Source: Zygnema circumcarinatum SAG 698-1b (lineage: Eukaryota; Plantae; Zygnematophyceae). From it: a stretch of 64,000 nucleotides of DNA. The notes beneath the pieces were generated by a model. That model did no database searches. It saw nothing but the letters and a program-made list of their open reading frames with translations, and was not told the DNA's origin. Location: contig CM074815.1 of NCBI GenBank assembly GCA_037447605.1, positions 1,488,001-1,552,000 of the forward strand, read 5' to 3'. Both the position numbers and the translations under genes were made by a program. Shown here piece after piece: positions 43,436 to 57,801 of this stretch; within the stretch, counting starts at the first letter, position 1; every line of letters begins with the position of its first letter.

Positions 43436-46400
43436 ATGGTAAGCTCATCCGCCATGGCGGGCGGCTGCTCGAGCTTCTCATGCTGCTGCTGCGAGGGCCC
43501 GGTGATGGAGGATTCATGAGGGTTGGGGAAGGGAGAGGGAGGGAGGATGTGTGAAAGATGGCATGTGACGAGCTATCATGGACTAAAGATGCGGGGATGG
43601 ATGGAGGAGAGCGCTTGTTAGGGTTTGGCGTGGAGACTGTGTCGGTTTCTTGCGCGCTGACACACTTCTTGCACGTCTGTTTGCGAAAGTGCAGTAATTC
43701 TGTCATGTCGCCGCATGCCAACTGCCGTTCGCTAAGATCGTGACTTTTGGATGTGCGTTGTGGAGACTTTGGAGAGAGGAGTAGGGCTTGGCGGTGAATT
43801 GTGCAATCAGAGGTTGGAATGAATCTGAGCTCTCAGACGAGGATATTGGAAGGCGTTTTGGAGATGGAGGGCGTCCTGGACGAGGAGGGAATAAAACAGT
43901 CAGTGTTCGCCAATGAGCCCTTGAAACCTACCAAAGCCCTAACTCGGGGAGCTGGAGATTACGGGTAATTTTCACACGCCTGGTCTACGTTCGGCCATTT
44001 TTGGTGCGCTTGTATGGGTTCAGGATGCTGATATGGCACTCGACAGGGCCGATATTTTCAGATTTCGAGTTGGCAAGCATGTTTAGCTTGGTGATTTGTT
44101 GAAATAGCAATCAGATGCATGCCTCTGGTTAAAATTTGCAACAACTTAACACTGCAGCCGTTCGATGCTTGCATGCAGGTGTGTACATTACAGACGACGA
44201 TGTAAAATTAGGGCTCCTTGCTGTAATGAGATCTTCGATTGCAGGCATTGCCATAATGAAGCAAAGGTTAGTCTCTGGCGGTGTCTTCTCGTACTGTTGG
44301 CCCGATAGCGCTTAATTCTACTGTTAAACCTCGACCGACGTGTTTTGGGTTTATGGACGCTGTTGGGTTCTCTTGAAGATGGAGTGCCCATTCATCAGCT
44401 CTGTTTTATTTTCTGGGTTGTTCGTTAGTATGCCTTGTTCTATTCAAGAATTCTTATCAGCCCCTGTCGGAACTCTTCACAGAATGCAGAGGAAACTGAC
44501 GCATGGAAACGCCATGACATCCCTCGACATAAAGTGGAGTCGGTAAGCTCCCTTTTTCTCTGATCCCAGACACTCTGCGAAACCGGGATGGTGGATATCT
44601 TTGGCTCTTCGTTTGGTCTCGGTTGTGGGTGAAGCACTTTTCGTGCAAGTGACTTCATGATCGAATGCTTTCAGCAATGAACAGTAAGGAAATAGCATGC
44701 TCCCGAAGTACTCAGAAATTGTCAACTTCTGACGATGGCTGCTGTTGTTGTGATGTTGTATGAAGGGTCGAGTCCCTTTGTCCGTTTCCATCTTGGACAA
44801 TTGTTAAGGATGTCCATTAAACTGTTTGAACGATCATTTTTTAATGAAGGAAAGTAAGGGTGCGGGAGGGTGCATCTACAATATGCGTGTGGATAAACTG
44901 TTAGCATAAACTTTTCGTTACTCCGTCCTTTATGGAGTGGCTTGTTCACAATCAGTGGATTGATGTCAAGTCGTTGCGGGTCCTTCTGCACTTCTGGGGT
45001 ACTGCGGATTACTCAAATTGTTGGCTGGAATGGGATGACAATCCATGTCAATGGTCACGGGTGAAGTAGAGTCGCGCAACTATGCAGTCTCAGTCAGCAA
45101 CAGTCGTTTGCAAGCTACATGTTTGTTAACTGAAAATTCGTTTTTTCCCATTTTCCAGGTTATCTGTTCCCTCTGCAACACTGAACAAGAGGTACAATAG
45201 TTGTTGCATCCTCCATTTTGCTGTTCACTGCATGTGAAGGTCTTCACAAATGTGGTCTGCCGTGAAGATACTGTGAAGTATTTGAAGCCTTTCTGTTATC
45301 CTACCTGCTTGCAGGTTCAACAGATCTGCAAGAACTGCGGAGTTTGCATGGGAAAGTATTTCTGTGCAACCTGCAAGTTTTATGAGGACGAGGTTTGTTT
45401 AACTTCACTATATCTCGGTTTGCAAATCTGCTCTCCTTTTTTCCCGAAGATGGTGCAGTTGCTGGCCTTTCAAGTTAGCTAACGTTAGGATCGTGGGTTC
45501 AGTGGTGCCTAGCCTTACTCTATAAGGTTTTGTGCTACTATTGTTGCCCTCACTCTTGGAAACCGTACCGAATAATGTGCTTGGTTGGGTACTTTGTGAG
45601 CAGACGTCGAAGCAGCAATTTCACTGCGATCAGTGCGGGATCTGCAGGATAGGCGGCCGCAATAATTTTTTTCACTGCAATCGATGTGGTGCGTTCCTAC
45701 TCTCTTGTCACACCTCTCTCCCCACTCACATCCCACACTCCTATTCATCCCACAGCTCTGTCTACTCGTACTCCCGTCTCTCACTGCTCTCTCACTCCTC
45801 TCTCTCCTCTCGCACTCCCCTCCCCCCCCCCCACCTACTCTAAGAAGCCCAAAAACTCCCTCCCTTCCAGCTGGAGGAGGGGGTAAGCGCGACCCGAGCT
45901 CTTGTTACTGACAGGTTTGTTATGTGATTCGATGTTCTATGAGTTAGTTAACAGGGTGCATTTGACAGATTAAAGCAGCTGGCCATGGAGATACAGTTGA
46001 TCACATCCGATCCAATGTTAAAAACGTGTGGTTCGGTGTGCACATGTTACTTTTTAGTCCTCAACTACGAGTACATGTTTGCAGATAGCATAATGAACTA
46101 GTTACGAACTTACTCGTTTTGTATGTCGATCAGAAGAAAATAAGGTCGGTATACTCTTCTGTTGCTCAGTCAAATTGCACCGCCCCCTCAAACTCGATAT
46201 CACGGTGATGAATTGACTCTTGAATGTAGGTGGCGTGTATTTTAACAGTTCTATCGCCGTGTTAATTGAGTCAGTGGTGACCAATTAGTTTGAATGCTGA
46301 GCCGTTTGAATGCACAGTGCTATAAAGTTCGAATGAACTCTCAACTAATTAAATCTACCATTTTTCGTAACGTTGCCATGAAACCTTGCCATCCCTCAAA

Positions 46401-46524
46401 AAGTGCATTTCAATTTCGGCTGGTAAGTTGGACTGCAGTTCTGTTATGGATATCATGTTTGTGGTAGGGGATAGAAGGCTGCCTTGAGTTGAGTTTACGG
46501 AGGAGTGCAGCATCTCTCTCTCTC

Positions 46525-46574
<50 letters not shown>

Positions 46575-48098
46575 CCTCTCTCTCGTGCGCGCGCGCGGTC
46601 TATGTGTCTCTATATTTCTGATTCGTGTCCATTGTCGCTTGCAGGATGCTGTTATGCGATGACTCTAAAGACCGATGGACATCCATGCGTGGAAAAGTCC
46701 ATGCATCATAATTGTCCTGTCTGCTTTGAAGTACGGCTTTCTGCTCAACCCTAAGGGCCGAACTCCATTCGTGGTCTTGTCTGTTTCAGTTTCATCATTT
46801 CGCCAACGACGTCTCGCCACGTCTGCAAAATAGATGCTGTATGATCAGAATTATGTATGTGACGAGAATTAGTGATCAGAATTATCCATGTATGTATGTA
46901 TTGGTTACCTCGCTAAACCAAACTAAGCTGGAGTACGGCCCTAGGTCTTTTTCCACATAACCTGCAAAAAGGCAAGAGGAAAGGTAGATAAGTTGCATTC
47001 GGATTAGTTTATAGTGATGCTGGCCGGTTCAAAGGCATTTTTTTCTTTTCCCTAAAGCACCAAGAGTTGATGATATTTTGAGCGGTCTTTGGTTGGTTGG
47101 CAGTATTTGTTCGATTCTATACGAGACATCACAGTGATGCCATGCGGGCACACCATGCATTTGGAGTGCTGCAAGGAGATGCAAGCACATGGCCAGTAAG
47201 GGCCGCCATTCGTGATGATTGTCTTCTCTGCCGATTCGTGGTTCGCTGTAGAGCTGCCTGTCAGGAAGGTCAATCGAAGCTATTAATTAAGCATACCTTT
47301 TTGTGGGGGAGGATGTTTCCAGATACTCGTGCCCTATCTGCTCTAAATCTGTATGCGACATGACTCGGCTGTGGCAACAGCTGGATGAAGAGGTTGCCTT
47401 TCCACTCCTTCCCATCCCTGCCATTGTGGACCCTCCGTGCTCTTCTCTTTCTCTCTCTCTATGTGCAAGGCATATTCTTGTTGTTACTGAAGCCATTTTG
47501 AGTGAAGGGCTGTACGTTTTCGTGGAAATGCAAGGTCTGCCCTGATATGTTGAAAGAGGTCATTGCAGAGCTATGAAAATAAGCTCATTTCATGCTTCAG
47601 GAGTTTTCTCTGACTGATAACAGAACAAACTGGTTGATGCTGTAGCAGAAGTGATGCACTCACTCTCGCCTGTGTGTTGTTTTGGCAGGTGGCCGCTACA
47701 CCCATGCCAGACATATATAGAGACAGAAAGGTGAGTCTCCTTCATTCTGAGTTCTTCTAGCTGTACCAGATTATGGACAGTATATTTGCGGGTCACAAAT
47801 GCCTCTTCCTCGTTCCCTTAGTCCTTATCCCACCCCCCTTGACCACCCAACTCCCTCTCTCACACATTTTTATCCTTCATGTCAATGATTATGCCCATGG
47901 TTTCACTAGAAAAAGGGCGTTCTCTACCCCCAGAAAATCTGACAGTGCCCACCTTCTATGCAGGTTTGGATCTTGTGTAACGATTGCGGAAAAACTAGTG
48001 AAGTATATTTTCATATTGTGGCCCACAAGTGCTTGAACTGCAAATCCTACAACACGCGGCTCACTAACGGAAGCAACAGGGGCTCCTCCGACGACTAA
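43436..48098 (+). CDS. RZFP34: CHY zinc finger / RING-H2 / zinc-ribbon E3 ligase (RZFP34/CHYR1/Pirh2-like), about 12 exons
   Basis: [28 protein letters not shown]; [11 protein letters not shown]; [16 protein letters not shown]; [13 protein letters not shown]...PCGHTMH...CPICSKS; VWILCNDCG...[13 protein letters not shown]. The first exon is probably ATG alone (43436-43438). Confidence 0.92.
46505..46600. repeat. (CT)n plus (GC)n microsatellite in a CHY intron
   Basis: Direct inspection. Confidence 0.9.
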
Positions 48099-49305
48099 GG
48101 CCTGCGGGCCCGAGCTGGGCCCGGAAGGCTTCTCAGCATCTGGTGGCCACTGAGGTTATTGGTGCGACCCATTGTTTGAATTAACCAGTTTGACTAAAAT
48201 CGATATGTTACGCCTGTAGGGCGGCTTTCCTTGAAGATTGGTTTGGTTCTCAGTTTATTCAAAGCGAGGCTCTATAGCCTCGAGACCCTGCTCAGGCACA
48301 GCTCTTGTGCCTCACTGCGAGGCAGCCCGTTAAGCAAGTCTTTTTATTGGCCCACCTTAGGATGGCAGAAATCTGCATGATGGACGCCTCATGTCCATGT
48401 CTCATCTCATGTCTCATCTCTCATGGATGTTTTGGCATGAACAATTGGAACATGTGAGTTAAACATGTGAGTTGGTTCTTGGATTGTGTGAGGTTTCAAG
48501 GTCCTCCCGATGAAAGTGTAACGTTGTTCCTTCACGCGAGCATCATGGAAAATGGGAAGCAACATTAGGGCGAATCTAAAGTGGGCAGTCACAGAGGCGT
48601 CGAGCTTTCCCTTTGGACTGCCCCACGCTCTGTTCCTCCGCCCGTGAAGGCACACGCCACGGCGGGCACCGAAACTCAAAGCTCCTTTATTCGTTCTTCA
48701 GGACGTAGGAAACCACGAGAAGTTTGTTCTCAGATTAGCGCAACGAACGACAGCGGCTGAACACATGTGAAAGTGGCTTTTCCCGACAGCCCACGTCTGA
48801 ACGGTTCAGGGAAAGACCCACAACGGATAGTTTTATTTTTACAAAGAAAAAAGACCAACCAATCAGCGCACGGAAACCTCCGTCACGTATGGCGAATTCG
48901 TTTCTGCGATGTGCGCGTACTTCCGAGGTGTATCGAATATCGAGTCCCGGCAGTACTCGATACCAATACATTAATATATATTCCGATACATAACCGATAC
49001 CATCAAATATATATTCCGATATATGAAGATATCGTACGATATATCTCCTTTACACGTCCCTGTCACCGATATTTCCCCGTCCCGACCCGGCCGCAGCCGC
49101 CGACCCCAGTCCGACCTGTCCAGTGCCGCCGCTAACCGACAAATTCCAGGGTGCTGCCTGCCGCCCGGGCCCGGCCTGTCGCCAGGTGGCCATACGAACG
49201 TACAGAATCCCACACGTGTCCCAGGACGCGGCAGCCAATGGGGGCCCTCCGCCTCCAGGCCCTGTCAAGGCCCTGCGCCAGAGGCGGGCAGAAGCCTGCT
49301 CGCCA

Positions 49306-51048
49306 TGGCTGCCGCCATGGCTGTAGAGGGTGGGGGGAGGGAGCGGGGGAGCGCCGTCTGGGACTGCCCGGACCTCGCCATAGCGTGCTTCTGCCAACTG
49401 GACGTCAAGAGCCTCTGCTCTGCCACGTGTGTGTGCACAGCGTGGCGCCATCTGGCAGGTCAGCGCTGTTTCTCTGCATGTTGTTTGCTGCTGTTGAGAG
49501 GGTTCATGGTTTTGGAGCGGAGAATGAGAAATGTTTGAAGGTGCAGGATCGGAGGAGCTATGGAGAGCGAAGATGGAGTCTATTTATGGCCCTGCGCTGC
49601 CGCTCTCTCTCCCTCAGCAGCGTCTGGAGAAGGGGTTGGGCCATTGGAAGCGGCTGCTTAAGAGCACGTCGGATCTCCGACAGTCCCTGACATTCCGCCA
49701 GGCTCTTTCTCCCGAAGGCGTCGCGTCCTCCAGTCAGGCGGGCACTCTCAGCATCGATTGGACTCTTTGTGACGAGTACTTTTGGAGGAGTGAGGTGATT
49801 GTACTCTCTATTGCATCTGTAAAAGGTTTTTTAGTCCTTTTTTGAGTTCTGAGTTGCTTCAATCGCATCCTGATTTCGGCAGCTTGTGACAGGAAGGGCC
49901 TCAGCTGGCCTCAGTTATTTCTGTCAACGCGCTGCTGCGCACTTAACTTTTGAGGACTTCTGAGGATGTATGCACAGGTGACCGGCAATCCGGAGGGTGA
50001 GGAGTATCTGACCTATAAGCTGGAGCAGCCCCTCTGCATTGTAACCGGCGTGGAAATAGTTCCTGCTTGTCTTCGACGTATTTATGCGCCTCGGCAGCTC
50101 CAGGTGACTGATTTTACTTATACCTGGCGTATTGTGAGGCTGTTGTTAAGTAAAAAGCAGCTTAAATTTCTGATGAAGTTCAGAATACCTGTCTTATGGC
50201 CTTTAGCCAGCTGCATGAGCCTTTCCTTTCCAGAAGATGTAATGGTATACTTGGAGAGTTTCTGATGATTTGACATTTTTCAATGTTTAGAATGTCAAGT
50301 AAAGAAAAAATAAGCTTTGTCAACTTGAACGAAGATTAAAGTCAACAGGTTTCTGCTCCCGAGAAACCCTCCATGTTTGATCATTCGGTTCCGGCTAATT
50401 CACGACGTGCAGGAACAGACATGTATCTTGAAAACTCACACCCTGCACAGCCCACAGGACTAAGCGTATTCTATTTTATCAAAAAACGGCTTTTAACTTG
50501 CGCCCAGAGTCATTGGTGCAAAGTTTATTTGTTGTTTCTAGCCATACATCAATTTCTTGGGAAAGTCTGGCTATTAAATGCGTTTATTGATTCTTTTCTC
50601 GTCACTACTGGATGCCATCTTCTGCTTTTCGCAATGCCTTCGTGAGCCGCATCAGTGGATCTGCCGAAGGTCGGAACAAACGGGCAATGGAGAAGTCAAA
50701 CTGAGTCTGATTTGAGGAAATCGTAAGACCTTGGTTTTTACCTGTGTTCATGATGTTTCTGAAACGCAGGTGGACGTTGGGTTTGACGAAACACAGTTCC
50801 ACTTCTCATCTCATACTGAGAACGTGGAAAATGAGTTGGCAGCCCACACCCTGCTGTTCCAAACCCGTGGCCTCGTGGTGGGAGACCATGTCCGCTTGCG
50901 CCTGAGAGGGATGCATGAAGCAAATGCGGAGCCTGTAGAAGGTTTCAACTTTGGAGATTCTTTTTGCATGGCCATACAACGCGTACGCATTTTTGGAATT
51001 CCAATAGGTATGAAATGCCTAAATAGAGCCAAAGTTCAAAGCAACTAA
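49306..51048 (+). CDS. F-box protein (At4g00755-like); 3' end uncertain
   Basis: F-box-like VWDCPDLAIACFCQLDVKSLCSATCVCTAWRHLAGSEELWRAK; C-terminal FWRSE...EEYLTYKLEQPLCIVTGVEIVP...IYAP...MAIQRVRIFGIP. Exons at about 49306-49458, 49546-49794, 49978-50103, 50770-51048. Confidence 0.72.
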
Positions 51049-54040
51049 ACGGGTGTTCGTTCATCCATCTTGACTTGGGTGAATTCTTATGAGAGGTGGC
51101 CTACTTGTTGAAATGACTGAAATTGTCATCATCAAGGCCACCCAAAGGTCGAGAGTCGGATTCACCGACTGAATTCACCCACCCAGAGTCGGATTCTGTG
51201 CATTGTTGCGTGTTCTGTGTGTTGCTTTTCCAGTTGTTATTGCCGCTTTTTTAGTACTTGGAACCATCGTGGGGAATTAAGCGGCCCATCTACGTTCGCA
51301 TAATCTGGATGCGGAAGGCTGGTTGCTTCGGCAGATCTTTTGCCTTCCCTTTTGTGACGGGGCGGTTCGTTGTTTCGTTGTTTGCACGGACGGCAGGGCT
51401 TGTGGTGGACAATCTGTTGGCAGAAGCTTTTGTCTGCCACGCTCTCCAGCTCCGCTCCTTCCGAGCGGCTGTCAGGGGCTGTCTCAAGCCACCTATTGGA
51501 GAGGAGCTACAAGTTGACGAGATTGTTGCTGGATTCAGGTATAAAGGTCTATATCTAAGTCTGATTTCGTATGTTTCCTCGATATATGAACTGAGTACAA
51601 TGTAATCATATCATTATAATTGTTCTTACTATCCGTAGTCAATCGCAAGATAAACCAATGCCTGCCTCTGTCGGCTTCGTTTCACCTTTGCTATCGAAAG
51701 GAAGAGAAACCCTTGGGATGTCTTTGAAATGATCATTTGGAGGTGGTTTAAGGGACACTGGGAGCTTTCCATATTCTAATCGTCCTGCATATTCCGACTA
51801 CTTAACCGATGTGTGGGGTGGGATGTGTGCAGAGCGCAGATGGGTTTGCCCTCACCTCTATGGCCCGCCCCATGGAGTGAGGATAACTGCGACAGCATGC
51901 TACCTAGCAGCAGAAAATTCATCCAGCAGAGGATGCATGGGCGTCTGCGCTTCGGACGAGGCTTTTAATGACTACAAGTTGAGGCAAGCAGATAGTGAAA
52001 GATATATCACCTTGGCACTCGTGGGGAACAGCAAGCATGCATGGTTCTCGATACTGGGTGAAGAGTTGAAGAAATCAGTCACTCGTATAGGATGACCGGG
52101 AAGTGTCATTATAATAGCGGCATTGGAAAGGAAGAGTTACTGACCCGAGAGGGGATTCTTTAGGAGTAGTATGGTGATTCGTTTCCAGTAGGATGAAGAT
52201 TAGGGGCACACACTGGAGATTTCCAGGAAGAATTCACTCTATGCTTCGATGCCAGAAGCTGAGGCAAGAGCAAATAATGCAGGGAGGGAAGACAGCTGCT
52301 GTAAATAAGCTTCGCTGGGGGAGAGTAGCTGGGCCAAATGGCACAACAAAGTGTTGGCAGTAGAGTACATATGAACTTAGAAAATTTAGGAGATGTGGGA
52401 ATCAAGCGAATGTGGATATCTTAGGAGCAGCAGCCAGGAGACTGATCGCGATATCTTTAGAAGGGAGTGGTGCAGGATTGAAGCTATGCAGCAAGCTGGC
52501 GAGATTGAAAATTTGCGGATCTTTGCTTAGTGAAATAAAATAATTCTGGAATTGATTTGCTTTCGGTCTTGTGCTCGGCAGCATCAGTCAATTATGGCCC
52601 TATATTTGTTCCATGGTTTGGCTGGTGCACCTCAAAATGGATAGTATAAATGGGGTCTATATACACTATCGTGACTTAAAGACTCCAGCTCTCAGCTTTT
52701 CTATCTTGCTTTTACTTTTCATATCATAGATTGGAGGGTGCGACTGTGATCTGCAACAAAGGGAGCAGATTTCCTTGAGGGCAAGATGATAGACTTGAAT
52801 ATCACGCCGAAGTCTATCTAGGATCCTTTCGAATTCCGCTTAATAGGTATATGTATACACGACGTATACATATGGCAATGAGCGGGCATGTTTGAAGTCA
52901 TAAGATAAAGGAGATTGTTATACGTTGGCTTTGATGCACAAGGACTGCAATCTAACCAATCGAATTGGACGAAAAAAAATAAGAAACATTGAGAAAACAA
53001 AATATTTCGACTTTGTGGGCGCCATGTCTCCTTGTGTATCAAGCACTCAATTCATTAATGCATAATCAAAAACTTGGGCAAGAAGTGTGCAGTGGGGTGG
53101 GGCGCGCGCTGGACATTGATGTGACTGATCCTCGTTTGTCCGCTCCAGAACTTAAGTCCGTGTAACCAGTGACCATCACAATAGTCTACACTCATCATTC
53201 CATCCCTTTGCCTCCTCTCTCTGCATAAGTTGGATAGAAGTGAAGCTGCCCATCTCCAGCAATAAGGCAGCTCACCGTTCTTCAGCACATTCCCAACCTG
53301 CCCATGCCCAAGCAAGCAACGTCTGCGTCAGCATTCTTTGATGTAAACAAACAAACGAAGGTACGAGAAAGATTATACAGCAAAGGTGCTACGGCAATAC
53401 AATACTCCAACTAAACTTCACGCCAATGACCAGTCTCATCTATGATAAAGGCGAGGCAGCTTTCACATCCAGAGAAGGAAGGAGACCAACATCAATGACC
53501 CCCTTAAAGTCATTTGGAAACCTTTGTCTGATCCTTCTCCTTCTCCAAACATGCAACACACACGACAGCTTCCACAATGGTCTCAAGATGCACTCACAGT
53601 CCTTTCTCACTCATATGCTGACGCTTGAATGGAAGCGCCTGTCCTTTGAGGGATTTGAAGAAGGTGGTCGGCTGCAGATGGCTTTGTGAGTGATGATTCC
53701 TTCCACAGCAAACGTCAGCTTTGCATTTTGAAACTTGTCACGCAAGTTGCTGCATCCGAAGGGACACTCAAAATCAATGCACTTTACAGACGGGCCTTCT
53801 GGAAAGGATGGCATCTTTCATTCACCAGCATTTATGCATTCTCTTCGTTAACAAAACATGTAGGTGAAAGTATCACTTGGTTTTGCACTCTCCCACAAGG
53901 CAATTCTCACTCATACTTGACTCATACGAGTCAAATGAAGAAACGAAAGGACATCGAAAGACCTTCTTCAAGTGCTCGTATGCAGTGACTGTATCAGAGC
54001 ACCCTGACCTCATTCAAAAGTACCTGCAATCACTGCGGTA

Positions 54041-54705
54041 TCAGACTATTCCAAAGATGTACGCGTTGCTGTATGTTGGGAGCAGGGAGGTTGGGGTTCG
54101 AATGGCTAATGGCCGTCTGAAAGGATTGACTTGCACCTGCACGAGCAATAAAGCAATGAAGATCGAGCAACGAATAACAACATACATGCCCGATTTCACC
54201 CGAACTGATTCTCAAATTGGCTGAGGCAGCTTCTGGGCGCATAGGAACAGTTGACAACAGTAGTCGGGACTTGGTTAGAACTACGGTTTGTTAGGGCCGA
54301 CATCCACAAACAGTAACAGTAAACAGTAAACTGGAACTGGAACTGAAACTGAAACTGAAACTGAAGACCCTAGCTGCCATGCATGTGCCCGCCCACCCCA
54401 ATGGCCAGCGGCCCCGCCACACTCTCAAGGCAGCTTGCAGAGCGAAGGGCTGCCTCTTCGCAGTAATCGCTGAAAACGGCGGGACAGTTTAACTGCGTAA
54501 TCAGTTCCTGCAGTTCAGTTCAGGGAAAGGGAACATAGAGGGAGATAAGCCATAGAACTGGTGGAAGGATACTTCTGGAAGGATACTCTACTGCAGGGTG
54601 AGCTACCTCTATATCCCGTTTTGCAAATGGCTGCTAAAGGGGGAGTTCGTGGAAATTTTCAAGAGCTAAGAATGCCAGCGAAACTGAAAGGGTTGGTCGA
54701 TGGTC

Positions 54706-54736
<31 letters not shown>

Positions 54737-57560
54737 CATGAATGGCAAAAGCCACATTACCCAAAGCTGTATGAGTACTTTCGACCAGCAACTGCATAAA
54801 GATGAGCTTACCACCGTCGGCTTCCACGTGGCATATGCAGGCAACCCCGCGTTGAGGGCAACTACGAGATCAGGGGGTGACCCCTGTCACACAATTTGTA
54901 CTTTGTCAAGGGATGGTCGAAGGTCAACCACACAGAATAATTGCTTTGGCTTCATCTTGCAGCAAAAAGTGGCCCAATCTCCAAATTGATCAACACACTG
55001 AGCTAGGACAACTCTTCCATGCAAGAAGCTCCCCCTACAAACAGCTCAAAGGGCTTAGAGTTCATGTCTGCTAAACACGTGGCCCCACTATATGATGAGG
55101 TCATATATATATATATATATATATATATAACTCCATTCATACTTCCACTTGGCCTTTACCTTAAAGTGTTCTTCATAGAGCTGATGATACAGGCCTTTGC
55201 AGAAGCTTAACTCCACAATGGAAGCGCTAGAATCACCAACACAGTTTCCATGCTGCCCGCAGTTGCATTCACTGCTCGTACAGGAGGGAGGAGAGGAAAG
55301 AGTGCACCTTTTACTAATCCTGCAATTGAATGAACGAACAACAAAAGGAAGAGGTGAAGACAAAATACGATTAGGCCGAAAGGGATCAAAGGCACCTGGA
55401 TGTGCAGTGCACAATCGAGTAAGAAAAAGTTCACAACGCAATATCTTCATAGAACATATGTTGTTGGATGTAGAGGATTATCCTCCTTTAGGGTCTTAGC
55501 AGAAGGGCCGTGAACCAAGGCCTATAGCAATTTTCTTTATTTTCAAATACAAAGCGAAGGAGATTCGGAATGTGAGAGGAGAGAAAGCAAACCTTGAAAC
55601 GGCCACTTCCGGACCGACAAATGTGATCTTAAGGTGGCAATTTGGGAAGAGAGCGACAAGTTCCGCAAACACTGTTAGCTCATTCAGTTCGCTATCCGGC
55701 CCTGTTTCCAAATCTCGGCCCCATGCACAATTCGGTAAGAGAATGAGGTTTAACTAAGGCCAAGTAATTGTGCATTTTATTAGCAAAAACTGAGAGAATA
55801 TGCCCGCTTTAATTCAGAATCCTACAGGCAAGCAAAAGCCCGGGGACTCTCTTAACACGAGTTCGAGAAAGGAAGAATTTTGTTGATGTGAATATCTATA
55901 AACGATAGCCATGTGCGTAAAAACCCATGAAAAAAGGTTTATGCGATAGGTCCTTCCAAGGAGTACATTGGCTTACCCAACAAATGGATTCGAAATGGGG
56001 CACCCGGAGTTGGTCCAAATGTTCGAGTGGACGCATTGGCAGCAAGATGAATGGAGTGGTAGAGACTCAATGGCTGCAAGAATTTCAGAGGCGAGCTTCA
56101 GAAAGCATGCAAAGGAGCATGTGTGCAAGCCCATAAACGACACATGCTTTGACCAACACAAGAACTGATGCCTTACAAACGAAGTGCATGAATAAATCTG
56201 AAATCGCACCGTATGGAGGGCCAGGGCTGCGGGGGAGTTGAATGGCAGCTTCCTCCAAATATAAAACTGTTCCCAAGAGAGGAGAGGGGGAGGAGAGGAC
56301 ACAGGCACTGCATGACACACAGAACATGAAGGATAATGACAATTTAGACTCTACAAGATCTGAAGCGTGAATCAAGGAAGTGAGTCTAACGCTTTATCTC
56401 ATTGAGTCTTATGAGTCTTTATCAGCAAAACTTAGCATGGGGAGAAGTACTCTGCAGTTTTCCAGCAAGTAAATCGACAGTGCTGATCCTCTCTCAATTT
56501 CATTACTTGAATCCAAGCTGCGGAGCAAATCTGAATGACACACAAAGCCGGCATAAGTCCCAAAAGGAGTAAAGAGACAAAATCAGCAAAGATGAGGGCA
56601 AAGTACCTGAACACGGAGCAATTGCTGAGGACAGCATCCAACAATCTCGGCCACCTGTCATAACCATTAAACCCTCTTCACTAGTGTGGGTCAGCGAGTC
56701 TAGCACTGACACTAGAGCACTAACAATAGCCGCTGTCAAAGCTTCGACCTTGTCATAGATGAAGACTTCAATACAGTACCGTTAAACTCCCGCATATGAT
56801 CTACTTGAAAGCCACAAGGGCACTGTCCTCTCCAGACGCCCCGCAAATGCAGGCCCTGTGACTGAAGGAAGGAGCAGATGCTGCCTTCTCCTCTGTCAAC
56901 CTGGGCCATGTTTCCCAGAAATTGATAGGAATTCCTAACATATCAATAGGGAGAATGCTCAAGATCGAAGAATATGATGCTCAAACATAGTAGCAGAATA
57001 GAATCCAGATAGAGCAAGGACTTATTAGCATCTCAAGGCTATCTCAAGTGAAACTGTTCCTTGCCAAGGTACGCTCTGGGTGGAAAAGGTAAGGTGCCTG
57101 CTTTTAAGAGAGCTGAGTGCAGGACGTAAACTGTAAATTACAAATGTTATATTCGCAAATCTTCACCTGAATTGTTGTTTGATCTGAAAAAGTGAAGGGA
57201 AATGATCGAAGGACTCCTGCTTGCAGCATTTGAGTTGCCATTCGATCACACTCCGAGTTGTGGTCTCCATTCGAATGCATTTTCTGGTATAATTCAGATA
57301 ATGCAAATAAAGAACGCAACGCGATTAACCATTTTATACATTTTCCTTTCGGTCTTACACATTCCAGACAAAGCGTGGCTCCAATAACATTAAGGTCAAG
57401 TTTCAAAGTGTCTGAAGGCAAAGCAGGGGCTTACCTGATGCGCTTTGCAGCAGTAACGCACAGCATGGCAGCCGGGGCAAAGCACGCCTTCCTTGCAGCG
57501 CTTTCCACAGAGCACGCATTCCTCCTGCTCTTTCTCCTTCTCTTCTGCACCACCTTGCAT
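54041..57560 (-). CDS. MYND-type zinc finger / MSS51-like protein (ZMYND15-like), multi-exon
   Basis: ECVLCGKRCKEGVLCPGCHAVRYCCKAHQ...H...C; FPFTFS; CSFLQSQGLHLRGVW; PLSLYH; IHLLGPDSELNEL; ITFVGPEV; GLYH; PDLVVALNAGLPAYATWKPT; FSDYCEEA; VNPFRRP...LPTYSNAYIFG followed by a stop. Confidence 0.85.
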
Positions 57561-57801
57561 TAGGGAGCGGGCAGAGAGAGAATCGAAAAGGAACTTGAAC
57601 GCTCCGAGATATTTGTGGGAAAGTGACAGAAAGTCGTTTGCTTGTGATGTGAGCACTTCAATAAGCTGCTGTTGCGCAGCGGAACGGAGGTTTCCAAAGT
57701 GATTTCGAGCACGGCGGTGGAGAGCGTCCAAAGAGGAGAGGAAGCGGATAGCTCGCTCTATCAGATAGGAGGAGTCTGAACGCGTAGTCTAAGGGGTAGG
57801 A

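Noticed and set aside
54709-54736. 28-nt poly(A) as a retroposon tail
   Set aside because: No recognisable SINE/LINE body or TSD; it reads as intronic poly(T) on the sense strand.
57561-57731. N-terminal extension of the MYND gene suggested by the ORF track
   Set aside because: The track start is TTG, not ATG; the first ATG is at 57560.
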